A DNA stretch of 63,645 nt, filler included, from Octopus bimaculoides (lineage: Eukaryota), in NCBI RefSeq assembly GCF_001194135.2. It is 5 parts of 5 records of this genome, joined end to end, with 100 filler letters (N's around TTAATTAATTAA, not from the genome) between each part and the next. Parts side by side here need not be neighbours in the genome. Positions count along the whole stretch, not along the records: positions 1 to 25,748 come from NC_068985.1; 4 more parts are not named here. One strand, written 5' to 3'. A program made the position numbers and the translations under genes. Below the pieces are notes generated by a model. It worked only from the letters and a program-made list of their open reading frames with translations, had not been told where the DNA came from and ran no database searches. Of this stretch, positions 11,777 through 25,232 are shown in pieces (within the stretch, counting starts at the first letter, position 1; every line of letters starts with the position of its first letter).

Positions 11777-11992
11777 CCCTTTAATATTCAAATTATTCTG
11801 TCAAATGCAATACTTATTAATTCATATTGTTTTAAATTAATCAAGCATTATCTTGTTGCTTTGATATTTTGATGATGTGATTGTTTATTATTAGAATGAC
11901 TTTATAGGACAGGTAGGAGAGGCCAGATCTGACCAGTTTGAACATAAAACGTAGAATAATTTGACTGGATATGGCCAGTTTAAATGCAAAAG
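11777..11992 (+). mobile_element. TTAA-flanked ~220-bp MITE-like repeat (piggyBac-type ends)
   Basis: TTAA|CCCTTTA start. Opposite-orientation copy at 55691-55907 with TTAA on both sides. Confidence 0.65.
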
Positions 11993-12263
11993 ATTGCCTT
12001 CACTCTAGATGACATTCAATTTCTTATATAGGTAACATTCACTGTGCTTTGGGTATGTTCAAGGTTTTACTTTTGCCGTTCAAGCAGTTTAGTTTTAAAT
12101 ATGTTCCATGTAAAAAGCATTCGCTTTGTGCTGTACATAGATTCTCATATTTGAACTTAAGAAAGTTTTTCCATCGCAGTTTACCATGAAGAAATGTCCC
12201 AAACATATTTGAACTGATCCAAAGTTTGTTTATTTTTCATCCCTGCTCCACACAACTTTATAA

Positions 12264-12572
12264 GGCACGTGGCTTAGTGGTTAGAGTATTTGGCTCATGA
12301 GTTCGATTCCTGGTGGTACGTTGTGTCCTTGAGCAAGACACTTTATTTCACGTTGCTCCAGTCCACTCAGCTGGCAAAAATGAGTAGTACTTGTATTTAA
12401 AAGGACTAGCCTTGGCACACTCTGTGTCATGCTGAATCTCTCTGAGAACTACATTTGGGGTACACATGTCTGTGGAGTGCTCAGCCACTTGCACATTAAT
12501 CTCATGAACAAGTTCTTCCTTTGATCGAGTTAACTGGAACCCTCATCGTCATAAGTGATGGAGTGCCAGTTA
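12264..12572 (+). mobile_element. tRNA-derived CORE-type SINE
   Basis: A box TGGCTTAGTGG, B box GAGTTCGATTCC, core GTGTCCTTGAGCAAGACACTT. Same tail family at 36960-37215 and 59583-59965(-). Confidence 0.85.
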
Positions 12573-12647
12573 CATACATATATTTTAAATAAAATAATAA
12601 GGCCAAAGCAATTTGATATTCCTAGGAAATTTCTGAATAGAAAGGTA

Positions 12648-12695
12648 GTCTTACAGCTGTTTCAGGGAAATAAATGATATCCAATCATCAAAGAC
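12648..12695 (-). ncRNA. Degenerate type I hammerhead motif (family A)
   Basis: Minus strand GTCT TTGATGA ..stem II.. CCCT GAAAC AGCT GTA AGAC. Palindromic stem III; C3 changed to U. Confidence 0.55.
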
Positions 12696-13647
12696 GAGTC
12701 AAAAGAGCTTCAACAGAAGGAATTAGTAGAGTTCATCTTTTTTAGAAGAAGTTATTCTGGAGAGGGACAGATGTACAAGAAAATAGATATAATGCAGAAA
12801 GTATAAAAGGAAAATTTGAAAATAAAAAGACATGTTGGATGTTAAAGTTGGTGTTCCGTTATCCAAGAAATGTGTTGTGTAGAATGGTTGAAGAGACTTT
12901 GCGTCCATGATGTGTAAAGTCCGATAAGAATTCACATGTTGTAATTTTAAATGGACAGTGTGCAGATATGAATTCCATGTGTTGTTCATTCAAAGGAATC
13001 TTGTAGTATAAATGAATTTTGAGAAATATTCTGATAATGGAAAGAAGATAAAGAGAGAAATGAATAGATAAGAATGTTAGAAGGAAGAAAGAAATATGTA
13101 TGGGAGAGAGTCGAAGGAATTAAGGGAGTGGTATTCTTAATGGCTAGATTAGGGAAGGAAAAAGGGAAAAAAGGAGTGCTAGATGCTGGTCAAGATATTG
13201 TAGGGGGTGGGGAGAAGAGAGGTATCAATTGATAAAAGGAATAGGGGGGAGGGATAGAAAGAAAAGATAAAAAGGTAAGAAAAGAGTAGGTATGAGAAGT
13301 TGGAGGTGGGGGTAAGTTTGAAAAGGCACTAAAGTGGGGAGATAGATAAAGAATGTGGTACAGAGGGGAGGGGAGTACTGAATGTGATTAGTAAACCTTG
13401 AGAAGGAAGGGGGTGAAAGATTGCTAGGGATACATACTGGCTTTTTGTCCTCTACAGGTTCTGGTGTCACATAAAATACTCTCATGCCCGTGCTGGTGGC
13501 ATGTGAAAACTACCCAGCACATTCTGTAAAGTGGTTGGCATTAGGAGGGACATCCAGCCATAGAAACCATGCCACAACAGACAATTGAAGTCTGGACAGC
13601 TCCCTGGCTGCTCAGCTCCATGTTAAACCATCTGACCCATGCTAGCA

Positions 13648-13686
<39 letters not shown>

Positions 13687-14213
13687 CACTATTGATCAAT
13701 GGTGATCACTATAAACAAGTCATTTAAGCAGGTTGTTCAGCAAAAATGCTGAACATTCATACATTGTCTTCAATGGGAGAATCCATATACATACATATAT
13801 ATATATATANNNNNNNNNNNNNNNNNNNNNNNNNNNNNNNNNNNNNNNNNNNNNNNNNNNNNNNNNNNNNNNNNNNNNNNNNNNNNNNNNNNNNNNNNNN
13901 NNNNNNNNNNNNNNNNNNNNNNNNNNNNNNNNNNNNNNNNNNNNNNNNNNNNNNNNNNNNNNNNNNNNNNNNNNNNNNNNNNNNNNNNNNNNNNNNNNNN
14001 NNNNNNNNNNNNNNNNNNNNNNNNNNNNNNNNNNNNNNNNNNNNNNNNNNNNNNNNNNNNNNNNNNNNNNNNNNNNNNNNNNNNNNNNNNNNNNNNNNNN
14101 NNNNNNNNNNNNNNNNNNNNNNNNNNNNNNNNNNNNNNNNNNNNNNNNNNNNNNNNNNNNNNNNNNNNNNNNNNNNNNNNNNNNNNNNNACACACACACA
14201 CACATGCACATGC

Positions 14214-14263
<50 letters not shown>

Positions 14264-14329
14264 ATAACAAATGAAAGACAGAAGATGGAATATATGAGAA
14301 TATATCATTAATCACAACAATTGTTTCGA

Positions 14330-14960
14330 CACAATCTAGCATCGACTCCTCTCGTGGGACACACAAAAACTGTTTCAGGAGTATCCGGTGGTGCAGACGT
14401 ATCTCGTCGGCTGATAAATAAATAAAAAATCTCGTTAAAATGACTGTTCCATAATGCAACTTTCCATTTTGTAGAGAGAAAAACAGCCAGATGGAGGAAA
14501 ATTCTTCATGTATATAGAAGACCCAAAAAATAAAATTGCAGACGGCAAAAAGAGAAGCAAACACTTAATCCAGCGAGAAAAGTAAAGAAAATCCTTTCAG
14601 AACCAGATTCAACAACATAAATCCTTTTCAATAAAAACAATCTCACTAACCTGCCTAGATTTATGTTGTTGAATCTGGTTCTGAAAGGATTTCCTGTTGT
14701 CCCTACATAACTTTTGTATGTTCTGTTGCTCATTGGGATACTTTGATATTACCCATGCCACATATATAACTGTCTCCAGGTTACAGCGGCTGTGAAAGAA
14801 AAATGTAGCGTTGCCTCTACATGTACCGCCTGTTGCTGTCTCAGGTGTGTGCCTACCTGTCAATACCTTCTTTACACAGGGTGCACAGCTTAAGGAAACT
14901 CTTATGATGTACCTGTTAAAAGTCTTACTGAACCTATTCATACCGTGAAGGTGTTTATCC
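14330..14960 (-). mobile_element. Penelope-like element fragment (GIY-YIG region plus 3' UTR with decayed hammerhead)
   Basis: Minus strand FNRYIIRVSLSC...CR..RCNLETVIY...KSYVGTTGNPFRTRFNN(H)KS. Decayed CCGACGA..GAAACAG at 14365-14410; 35-bp internal inverted repeat. Confidence 0.8.
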
Positions 14961-15082
14961 ACTAAGCTAAAGAATTATATTTCTTTCCATATGTGCCATC
15001 CCAGAAGAGCATGTGGTCGTTAGTTGAATGTGCTGTTATTTGGTTATCTATCGCCCAATGCAAAACTGATTGGTTGAAATGG

Positions 15083-15144
15083 ATTGATAATATTAATTGA
15101 TTGATAATATTAATTGATTGATAATATTAATTGATTGATAATAT
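15083..15144. repeat. 17-bp minisatellite (ATTGATAATATTAATTG) x ~3.7
   Basis: Perfect tandem copies. Confidence 0.9.
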
Positions 15145-15224
15145 CATATGCTTTGATTAATACACTCACTTGGTCAATAAATATGCATGGACCAATTTCT
15201 TCTAACTTGTAGTTTCTTGGACAG

Positions 15225-15270
<46 letters not shown>

Positions 15271-16123
15271 ACATGCACACACAGAGATAGACAGACAAAT
15301 AAACAGATAGATAGATAAATGGAACTTCAGATAAAAATGATACAAGGATTTCTCTGCTGAGAACTGATTTTGTTGAAGGTTGTCAGTAAACAATTGATTT
15401 CTCTATATCACAATATTATCAATATATATTACATTGACCATCCACAGGGATAGAAGGCTAGCTTGGCTGCCAAGGGACTTGAACTAAGATCAATTCTCCG
15501 ATGTTTATAATGGAACTACTGTCTTCATAGAGGGGTGTTTTAATGTGTGTGTGTAAGTCTGTAGTGCGTTTGTGAGCAGGATGTGTTATGTGTGGATGTG
15601 TTTCGAGTAATGTGGGAACAGGATAGTGTATGTGCTTTCTCTGGAATCCTCAAATGATTTTAAAAGTAGAAAATCATTGAAAATGCCCAGATACACATAT
15701 CTGCAAAGACAAGTTATATAAGTTTAGAGTGGATAATATCAGTTGTCTGTAGACTTATGTGTAGTTATAAAGTATATCAACTTAGAAGCAAGTTCTAACT
15801 TCCACACAGTCAACCAACACTACACTATTATACACTTAGTTCTTACTTCACTCCACTTGCTCCATAAAATGCTTCCTTTCCGTTTTTGTAAGCAAGCTAA
15901 AGATTAGTTTTGCAAGAAGAAAAAGAGTTTAAACACAGCGAAAGGTCCTGACTCTAAATTATGCAATGCAAGTTGTACGATGCTGTGTGCCTTTCTTTTT
16001 TGATAAGTCAGAGAACAGTAACCCTGACATTCACAAAACCTCATCGACTGGTGACATTCAGGTTGGATGTGTGCAAGATAATAGTTATCTAAACTAGCTA
16101 TTGCTTAACCATCTTCTCACACC

Positions 16124-16171
16124 GTCTCCGCTGAAGGGATATAATAAATATCCTGGAAACAGGTGTAAGAC
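16124..16171 (+). ncRNA. Degenerate type I hammerhead motif (family A) in a pLTR-like segment
   Basis: GTCT CCGCTGA AGGGATAT AATAA ATATCCTG GAAAC AGGT GTA AGAC. Stems intact, core mutated. Confidence 0.55.
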
Positions 16172-16287
16172 CTATTTATAAATGTATAAATATTATACAC
16201 AGCCTTGGTTTTTTATCTCATTACGAAAAGTGGTGCTCCAGCATGGGCACAGTCAAATGACTGAAACAAGTAAAAGAGAGTAAAAGA

Positions 16288-16319
<32 letters not shown>

Positions 16320-16984
16320 GTATATATACACACACACAGAGATGAGCACAGAAGTGCAAAACAAGGTGAAAGAAAAAGTACTGGAATACGAAAGGTAGAG
16401 TGATATATACTTTTTATTAAAGCTGCAAAATTATCACAGAACTCGGTTACTTAGAGTTCCGTGATAGTATTGCAGCTGATACACACTGCACACTGTAAAA
16501 GGGGTTAGGGTTAGGAAGGGTCTCCAGCCAGAGAGACCATGCCAAAGCAGACGGCTGAGCCTTGGTACAGTCTTCGGCTTTGCCAGGTCCTGTCAAACCA
16601 GCCATCCAATATGAGTATGGAAAGTGGACATTATATCATGCTGAAGATGAGGATGATGATGATGACGACGACGACGACAACGATGACAACAACAACAACA
16701 ATGATGACGATAAACTTTTGTCACAGTAAGTAAACTTCTTTCTACAATGTTTATGTTATTCTCTTTTTCAAAATTAAAAAAAAATAGTCAATGACTTTTA
16801 AGATAATTCTTCTTAAATTGTAACTACATCAAACTCTCTTTCACAAAATCTTTTAAATCTGTGTGTGTGTGTGCGTGTGTGTGTGTATGTATATGTAACT
16901 ATGTGTGTGTGTATGTATATATATATATATATATATATACACGCACACAAATACTTACATATGCATACACACACACACACACAA

Positions 16985-17061
<77 letters not shown>

Positions 17062-17090
17062 AAAAGAGACAGGCAGATTGATAGGTAGCT

Positions 17091-17121
<31 letters not shown>

Positions 17122-17239
17122 TAGATAGATAGATAGATAGAAAACTAGATAGAGAGATGTCTGCTTAACAATCAGATGCCTTTTAACAACCCATTTCTCC
17201 AAATACCTTGATTATTTTCTTTCTTCTGTTTGAGAATAG

Positions 17240-17278
17240 GAAATTTCGTCTGCAATATAGCATCGTTGAGCAACCGAG
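17240..17278 (+). CDS. Candidate 39-nt exon
   Basis: Pyrimidine tract, aatag|...GAG|gtaata. Two open frames: KFRLQYSIVEQP or NFVCNIASLSNR. Confidence 0.3.
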
Positions 17279-17465
17279 GTAATACAATATCTATCCTCTT
17301 TGTTTTCATCCATTATCGTGACCGTACATAAGGCTTCACCTGCTTTAAGGATTTTTCAAACATTTATCTCATTTGCACATTCTGCACTGCATCCAGTAAA
17401 TTACACTAATCTGTTTGATATGAACATGCACACACACACACACACACACGCAAGCACACGCAAAC

Positions 17466-17568
<103 letters not shown>

Positions 17569-17719
17569 CTTCTCTCTTTGACTCATACTTTTGCTCCCCC
17601 TCTCTCTCTCTTATAATCTCACATATTCTTTCCTTCTTGTATACAATTTTTTGTCTCCAATGTGGAAGTCTCTACATGGTCATTTAACTTGGTAGTAATA
17701 GCAGTCAAATTTTCTTCAG

Positions 17720-17855
17720 ATTCCATGTTATTGTCTTAGAAAATGATGTGTTGCATAACATGGATTGGGGTTCACTGTTTGAAGAAAATAACAGGATGGC
17801 CCTGGCTGGAATGTCTTTGAGGACAAACCTGCATCAAAACAAAGACGATATCTGA
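17720..17855 (+). CDS. Candidate terminal coding exon
   Basis: ttttcttcag|A + 44 codons + TGA: FHVIVLENDVLHNMDWGSLFEENNRMALAGMSLRTNLHQNKDDI*. Phase-compatible with 17240-17278. Confidence 0.35.
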
Positions 17856-19572
17856 CAATATAAATCTGCCCACATGTATACACCCACTGCCTCTTTCTGT
17901 CACATATATATACACACTCTTTGCTTTCATTACACACAAACTCATAATGTTCCCCCACCTCTCTCTCTCCCCCTCTCTTTCTCTCTTACACCCGCATACT
18001 TAAATGCACACATATGCAGACATATTTCGGCTACGTTTTCCGAAGCTTCTGTGTGGGTGTTTGACCTGTTAGAAATAGTGCCCAATTGTCCCTCACGTCT
18101 CAACGCATTGTTAAAAAGAAAAGGCTACACTGGTTAATGTTGTCTTGGATAAACCTATTTTGAAGTGAGATGAGATTGTCCCAATATTGAGCTAAGTCTT
18201 TGACTAATGCCACAAAATGGTTGACTCAAGACAATTACAACAGTCTTCTTTGCTTTTCAGCAAAACTATCATTCTCTTACACACACACACACACACACAC
18301 TTGTCCACACATGTAGATGTATATACACCCTGCTCTTCAAATGCTGCAAGAATCGATTCCTAGAATAACAAAAACAACAAAAATCATCTTTCCTTCTTTA
18401 ATCTTCCTCATTAAGGAAACGAATGATCCTCTAAACAATCCAAGAAGAAACCAAATTATCTTCCAAGGGGTTACATAACCTGTTATGAACCTCCTTCTAA
18501 TCATACACCTACCAACTTGATAGAAACACAATAGTCCCTTTTATACAAAAAGACATGTTGGTCATGGATAGAACACTACTCAATCAGAACCTACCTGGGG
18601 CTAAACAACATTCTTAAATACTTCTCTTATTTCACATTTCCTACTTTTATTCTACTTTTTATAGATTTCTTCCCTTTTTTTCTTTTTTTCTGTTATTCTT
18701 CCTTCTCTCACTCTCTCTCCCTCTCCATCTCTCTCTCTCTCTGCATATACATGTTATATATATATATTTATATACATGTTATATATATATATATTCTTTC
18801 ATTGACCCTGTATGTCCAAATTTAGTATTTTCTAGTGTTGTGTTTTAAAGAAGAAATGTTCCCATAATTCATAGGATTCGGTCATGATTAGGGAGTCAAA
18901 GACTGGCAACATCGATTTCTTGATAAATTCCAATTAGAAGAAATCTGTTGACATTAACAGCATTTCTTTCAATAGTTTCACTTTTTATTTTATTATTGTT
19001 TTCAATAAATTAACCCTTAGTGGAGCTTTTCACACTTTCAGGCTACACTGAAAAACCACGCCCCAAACAGTACTAAAAGACAGGAAGAGTGATTTAAGTT
19101 TTTGGGTGAAATTACAGTCGTTTGTTGTAATAGATAGCACCAGCCTAGATGATTTATTGCAGAGCTTCTCGAACATTTTGGGCTACGCCCCCCCCCCCCC
19201 ATGGTCACATAATACCCTCAGCACCCCCACCCTTATTTTTATGCATAAATATTTTACTAATTTATATATACTATGAATCATTTGATATTTAATATAATAT
19301 ATAATTTGTATATAATACTATAATAATATTATAAATTCATAGTGTCCCCCAATCCACTGCCTTCCTCCCAACGCCTCCTTTTTCTCTACCACCCCCTTAG
19401 GCACCAGCATCCACCTTGACCTTCTCAATGCCCACCAGAGGAGTGGTCAGTGGTTTCAAATTTCTTTTATGGTCAAGGAATTTGACCTCAGTGTGTTCCA
19501 TTCTAACTTATCACTTGTGAAAGATTGAACAACAAAATTACCTTTCGTGAGATTTAAACTATTATCTGAAAT

Positions 19573-20020
19573 ATTAGTTTCAAATTTTGGCACAAGACCA
19601 GAAATTTCAGGAGAGGGGACAAGCCGAATACATCAGCCCCAGAACTCAGCTGGTACTTATTTTATTGACTCGAAAAGATAAAAGGCAAAGTTGACCTTGG
19701 CAGAATTTGAACTCTGAACTTAAAGAATGGACAGAATGCCACTAAGCATTTTGCCTGGTGGGCTAATGTTTCTGCCCACTCTCTGCCGAATTTATACCAG
19801 AAATGTTAGTTTCAAATTTTGGCTCAAGGCCTGCAAAAGCAGGGGAGGTGACTAGAGCCTGACATCGATCTCAGGGCTCAACTGGTACTTAGTTTATGGA
19901 CTCTAAAAGAATGAAAGGCAAAGGCAGTCTTGGTGGATTTGAACTCGTAATGTAAAGACAGACGAAATGCCACAAAGCATTTTGCCCGGCATACTCATGT
20001 TTCTACCAGCTTACTGGCGA
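19573..20020 (+). mobile_element. Tandem dimer of the GGCACAAGG-family repeat
   Basis: Two diverged head-to-tail copies (19573-19790, 19806-20020). Confidence 0.8.
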
Positions 20021-20431
20021 ATTTACACATGCAATATTAACCAGACTAAAAGCAAAGTGTAAAATACAAATGGTACAGCACTAGATTAAGTTGCAATCTA
20101 CCATTCTGTTTCTCTCTCCTTTCTCTGCTCATTTAATGTTTTTCATCCATAAAGGTTTATAGTTTGTTATCAGAATTAGGTTTATAACTGAGATCTTTAA
20201 CACTGTCCACCCAGTTGTAAAGAGACCACATATGAAAGCACAGCTCATTCCAGTATTACAATTGTGTAGAAAGGAGGAATACATTGTACTGAGTTCAACA
20301 ATTCCCTCCAGTTTGGCAAAGAAGGTGTTAGGTTAGAAATGAAGCCCACAAAACAACAAACAGAGGTGAAAAGGATAACGGGATGACGAAAAAACCCAAA
20401 AAACTGAAAGGGATTTACAAAGGGGTAATTA

Positions 20432-20818
20432 TCTTTGTTTTTATCTTTTACTTATTTCAGTCGTTATACTATGGCCATGCTGGAGCACTGCTTTGAAGAA
20501 GTTTTATTCAAACGAATCAACCCCAGTGCTTTAATTTTTATAAGTTGGTACTTATTCTGTCGGTCTCCTTTGGTGAACTGCTAAGTTATGGGGATGTAAA
20601 CATATTAACACTGATTGTAAAACAATGGTAGGGGACAAACGCACACACACACACACACTCGATGGGCTTCTTTCAGGTTCTGTTTACCAAATCCACTCAT
20701 AAGGTTTTGGTTGGCCAAGTCTATAGTAGAAGACACTTGCCCAAAGTGCCATGCAGCGGGATTGAACCTGGAATATTGCAGTTGGAAAGCAGGCTTCTTA
20801 CCACACAGCCACTCCTGC
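20432..20818 (-). mobile_element. Bipartite tRNA/CORE SINE with an internal microsatellite
   Basis: Head GCAGGAGTGGCTGTGTGGTAAG, core CACTTTGGGCAAGTGTCTTCT, (TG)n middle, tail ..CCAGCATGGCC..TGAAATAAGTAAAAG. Relatives at 29956(+), 33908(-), 38698(+), 40382(-), 43741(-), 44630(-), 47312(-). Confidence 0.85.
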
Positions 20819-21638
20819 TGTATAGTTCTTCCTGTAGGAACAAGTTTGTGCATAATTAATATTCTTTAGAATATTCTGCCAAAGTCGTCTTTGCCTTTCA
20901 TCCTTTTGGGGTCGATAAATTAAGTACCATTTGTATACTGGGGGTCAATCTAATTGACTGCTCCCCCCCCCCAAATTTTGGGCCTTGTGCCTAGAATAGA
21001 AAAGAATATTCTTTAGAATTAATTGAACTGATTCCTCACATAGCTACAGATAATAATTTCATCAATTACAGATCAACGAAAAGTAAATTTCGTTTGGATT
21101 CAGTTATTATTGCTCTTCACCCTTCTTGGAACATTTTCTTCAACGATTTTAGTCTATCATGCTAACCCCAACCACTTCTGGTGATTGTTTTATTAATATC
21201 TATTTGCTGAACTGCTAGGCTATGAAAAGTGAAAAGGAAGACAACATAAGCGACAATGCCAGATATTTTATGCCAACATAAACACACAGACACACAGAGA
21301 CACACAGACACACACAAACACACACAGACACACACATGCAAACACACACAAACACAGACACACAAAATACACATACACACACATATCTTTATGAACTCAA
21401 AATAGATTTCTACACATCTTCCACCGCCCCCAATTCTACCCTGTGGCTTTTGTAGAAACAACCCAAGATGCTTTGCAGGGGATTTGATCTTGGATTAATG
21501 AGAGCTTCTTCACCATGGCACCATGTCTGCATTTGTTCAAGGACAGAAATGGCAGTAAATCTCAAAGAATTAATTGACATTTCTGCATGATATAACGTAT
21601 TGTTTACTTCTGGAATGATTTAATCTTTATGGTAAAAT

Positions 21639-21920
21639 ACCACCACCACCACCACCACCACCACCATCGCCGCCGCCGCCACCGCCACCAGCGCCACCAC
21701 CACCATCCAGCACAGGCAGCAGTAGTACCACTGCCACCACCACCTCTGTCGGCGCTGCCGCCACCGCCGCCGCCACCGCCATCGNNNNNNNNNNNNNNNN
21801 NNNNNNNNNNNNNNNNNNNNNNNNNNNNNNNNNNNNNNNNNNNNNNNNNNNNNNNNNNNNNNNNNNNNNNNNNNNNNNNNNNNNNNNNNNNNNNNNNNNN
21901 NNACCACCGCCACGACTTCC
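21639..21920. repeat. (CAC)n/(CGC)n GC-rich triplet tract spanning a gap
   Basis: Direct reading. Confidence 0.9.
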
Positions 21921-23037
21921 ACTTCCACTATCGTTATCACTATTGTGATAGTGGCTGTTTGCAACTCTCCTCATCTATCCCTCTTCTGTCACCAATCTAT
22001 TCTTCTGCCAATCTCTGCATCATAATTTATTATCTGTAAAGACATTTTTTTTTTCTTCAGATCTGACATAATCATTTCTTCCTAAGTCATCTCTGATCTT
22101 ATTTCCATCATAATGGCCAACTTACATTAACCCTACAGACTGCTTTTCATTTAACTTGCATTATGCAAATCTTTGCTTGCAGAATGAACAGATCAGGATA
22201 TTATTTTGCTTTAAAATAACTGAGAAGAACGAGGTTACATGGAGAGAAAGAGTCTGAAAATCGGCTCCAATATCCTAACAACTCGCTTTTGGGTGAAGAG
22301 GTATCAATATATCTTTATTTCTGTGTTTAGATAGTTGTGTAAGCTTCTGACACCGAGAGTATAAAGTACCATTACTTGCTGCACAGTGGAATGTTTGTTA
22401 GTACAAGAAAATATTACTGTCTTTCGGTAAAAGCTTTCAAGTGACAAACCAATAAAATGAACACTTTGTACATTGATATTATTCCTACAAACTTGTGACT
22501 GTAGATTTCCTAATCTGATTTCTATCTTGTATTGTTGTTGTTGTTGTTAATATTATTTATATTTAAAGCAGCAAGCTGGCAGAAATGTTAGCACGCCGGG
22601 CAAAAAGCTTAGCAGCATTTTGTCTGTCATTACATTCTGAGTTCAAATTCTGCTGAGGTTGACTTTGTGTTTCTTCCTTTCAGGCTCGATAATATTAGTA
22701 CCAGATGGACACTGGGGTCGATGTAATCAACTTAACCCTGCTCCTGAAACTGCTGGCCTTTTGAACCAGTATAATTTATATTCATTTCTGACTTTGATAT
22801 AAGTCCAAAATGTGTTCAAGTCCCAGCATTTAAATGGTATTTAATAAGAGACTGAAAGGCAAAGCTAAAAGATTGGAAATTAAACAGAAAAGTAGAGAAT
22901 ATGATTAAAAGCAAAACCTTTTTGTCCAGCTTTTCTATTTGAATATGGCCCTGAGGTTACATCTTTATCTGGATTCTAACAATACACACCTGTCTGCTTG
23001 TCACTATAGTTTTGATACACATTGGAATAAGGGCTCA

Positions 23038-23180
23038 GGTAAAATGCACTCATGGTGGTGCCTTGTAAAAGTGCCTGTGTGGTGCCACATAAAAGGTGCA
23101 TGTGGCACCATGTAAGAGTGTCTATGTGGTGCCTCATAAAAGTGCCCATGCATTGCCATTTAAAAAAGCACCCAGTACAC
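23038..23180 (+). repeat. ~24-bp degenerate minisatellite (x5-6) at the 5' side of a (GAT)n-tailed retroposon copy
   Basis: Units like GTAAAAGTGCCTGTGTGGTGCCAC with no unique spacers. Confidence 0.75.
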
Positions 23181-25183
23181 ACTGTAAAGTGGTTGGCATG
23201 TTAGGAAGGGCATCCAGCCATAGAAACGAAGCCAAACCAGGCTGGAGTCTGGTACAGCTCCCTATCTTGCCATCTCTGGTCAAACTGTCCAACCCATGCC
23301 AGCATGGACAACAGACATTAAATGATGAGGTTGATGGTGATGATGATGATATACAAGAGCTTTGGGGGAATTTATTTCAGTGTGTGACTGACATTTATTT
23401 TATCAATCAAAGATAAATGAAAGGTAAGCTCAGTCATATAGGATTTGAACTTAGATCAAACTAAATACTTTCAGGAATTCAGTCAACCATTCTTTTGTAT
23501 TTACTCTTCAGATTTTGGTAAATTTTAAACATAAGTGTTGTAGTACTCATGAATTTCCTAAAAGTATTATTGTGAAGTGATAGCAATCAGCAGAGATCAG
23601 TTTCAACTTATTTAGAAATTGGTCATTATTCAACATATTTCACAATATCAACGGAAATGAATATTTCATTCAGATATTTCAATTCTGTTTTGTTTCTCAT
23701 TATTTCAAACTGAAACAACACCAAGAGAAACCTTGTCTATTTTTCCCTCTAAAAAGCAAAATGTCAGTGCAAAGAAAAAAAAAACTATCAAACACATCGA
23801 CTGAACCATTTCTTGGCATTGAAGGTGCCGTGAAGGAATAGAAATATGTGGTTCCCTGATAGCAGCCTTGGAGAACGTGGAACAGATAACGTTGATTATA
23901 ATGAGAATGGAAGAGAGAAAAGAGGAATATAAAAAAAAGGACTTTAGTTGGCATTACTTGTAATCTCTCAGGTTTGACCTTAACCCCCACCCCACCCCAT
24001 TCCAGAAGAAATCAGAATGTTTTCTAAAGGTTTATTACATAACTTGAATTTTACCCAAAAGTTTACTTCAGGAACATTCTGATCAAGTTGGAAAAGCTGT
24101 AAAAAGGGTTCAATTTTATGAATGCTAGGAATTTACAGAGTGGCCCCTTTTTGTTCACTAAAACATATTATTGGCACATCAAAGGAATCCTGTGCGCCAT
24201 TGAGAACTTCAGATAGAATTGTTTACATTGATAATGCTTTACGTCTTATCTTGGAGATTTCTCAGTGGAAGCACGTATATATCAGCTTCCATATATTCTC
24301 AAAGTCAAAAGTTACAGAACTGCTAAGCCTGGACTCGAGGATCGCTATTCAAATTCATATCCTTTGTTGATAATCTTCATCTGTAGTACTCTTGATATTC
24401 TCATCTGGTATTCTTCCAGTCTTGCTAAAACTATTGACTTGGTTCTTTGCTGGAAGATTAAACTAACTCTTTCATGATATTATTTCCCGATTACAAAAAC
24501 TGCATTTCAACACCTCTTGCTCTTTAATGCTTTATTTGATCAATCTTTTTTTCCCCCTCATTCTTCAATTCTAATTATTCTAGATTATACTTCAGTTCCT
24601 ACACCCTACATCTTTTCTTTCTAAACTATTCCTCCATTCACTCCCTATTCCTTATTCTACTATTGCCACCATACCTCTGTTCCATCCCATTCTCCCTGTA
24701 TCTTATTCTTCATCTAAATCCATTATTCTTTACCTACATCCACCCCTCTGTTCCTTACTCTAGCATGTCTTATTAACTGTCTTCTCTTCCTCCGCTGTTC
24801 TGTGGATATCACATTATTTGTCCTGTTATTTACTGGTCTTTCCTCATAACTGCAGACAGTGTGTTCGTTCACCTCTACTCTGCTTTACACTTTACCCTCA
24901 CCATGTCCTCTCGTTCCTGGAAACAAGCAAGATCTTCCTACACAGTTATCATTGTTACTTAAAGCAAATAATGTTTATTCTTAATTTAGCAGAATCAACA
25001 AAGAAGATTAAGTAGACATAGCTTCTGTGATGAAACTTTCTGTTTATTTAACATATTGAGAATGACAAGCTGAGTTGATAGAGTACTGAGCTACCAAATA
25101 ACAGGTCACAAGTTCACATCCGGTTATTGCACTGTACTGTGTATGGCAAAGACGTTATTTAATTGTCAACAACTTTTCACTGT

Positions 25184-25232
25184 GTACAGAGGAAAGTACA
25201 GAGGAAAGTACAGAGAAAAGTACAGAGAAAAG
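25184..25232. repeat. 12-bp tandem repeat (GTACAGAGRAAA) x4
   Basis: Direct reading. Confidence 0.9.

Noticed and set aside
12264-12315. tRNA genes at SINE heads
   Set aside because: A/B boxes are present but there is no complete cloverleaf, and each runs into a CORE box; these are SINEs.
12720-13450. Possible L1/Tx1-like LINE remnant (similar pyrimidine-rich tracts at 24.1-24.9 and 53.3-53.5 kb)
   Set aside because: Only compositional resemblance; no diagnostic RT or endonuclease motif could be read.
21620-22039. Poly-His/Pro/Gly ORFs (also 50757-51393, 53749-54033, 60661-61279)
   Set aside because: Translations of microsatellites with no flanking complex sequence or splice support.
23038-23180. 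CRISPR-like repeat array
   Set aside because: Degenerate head-to-tail 24-bp units with no unique spacers, part of a retroposon copy, eukaryotic context, no cas genes.
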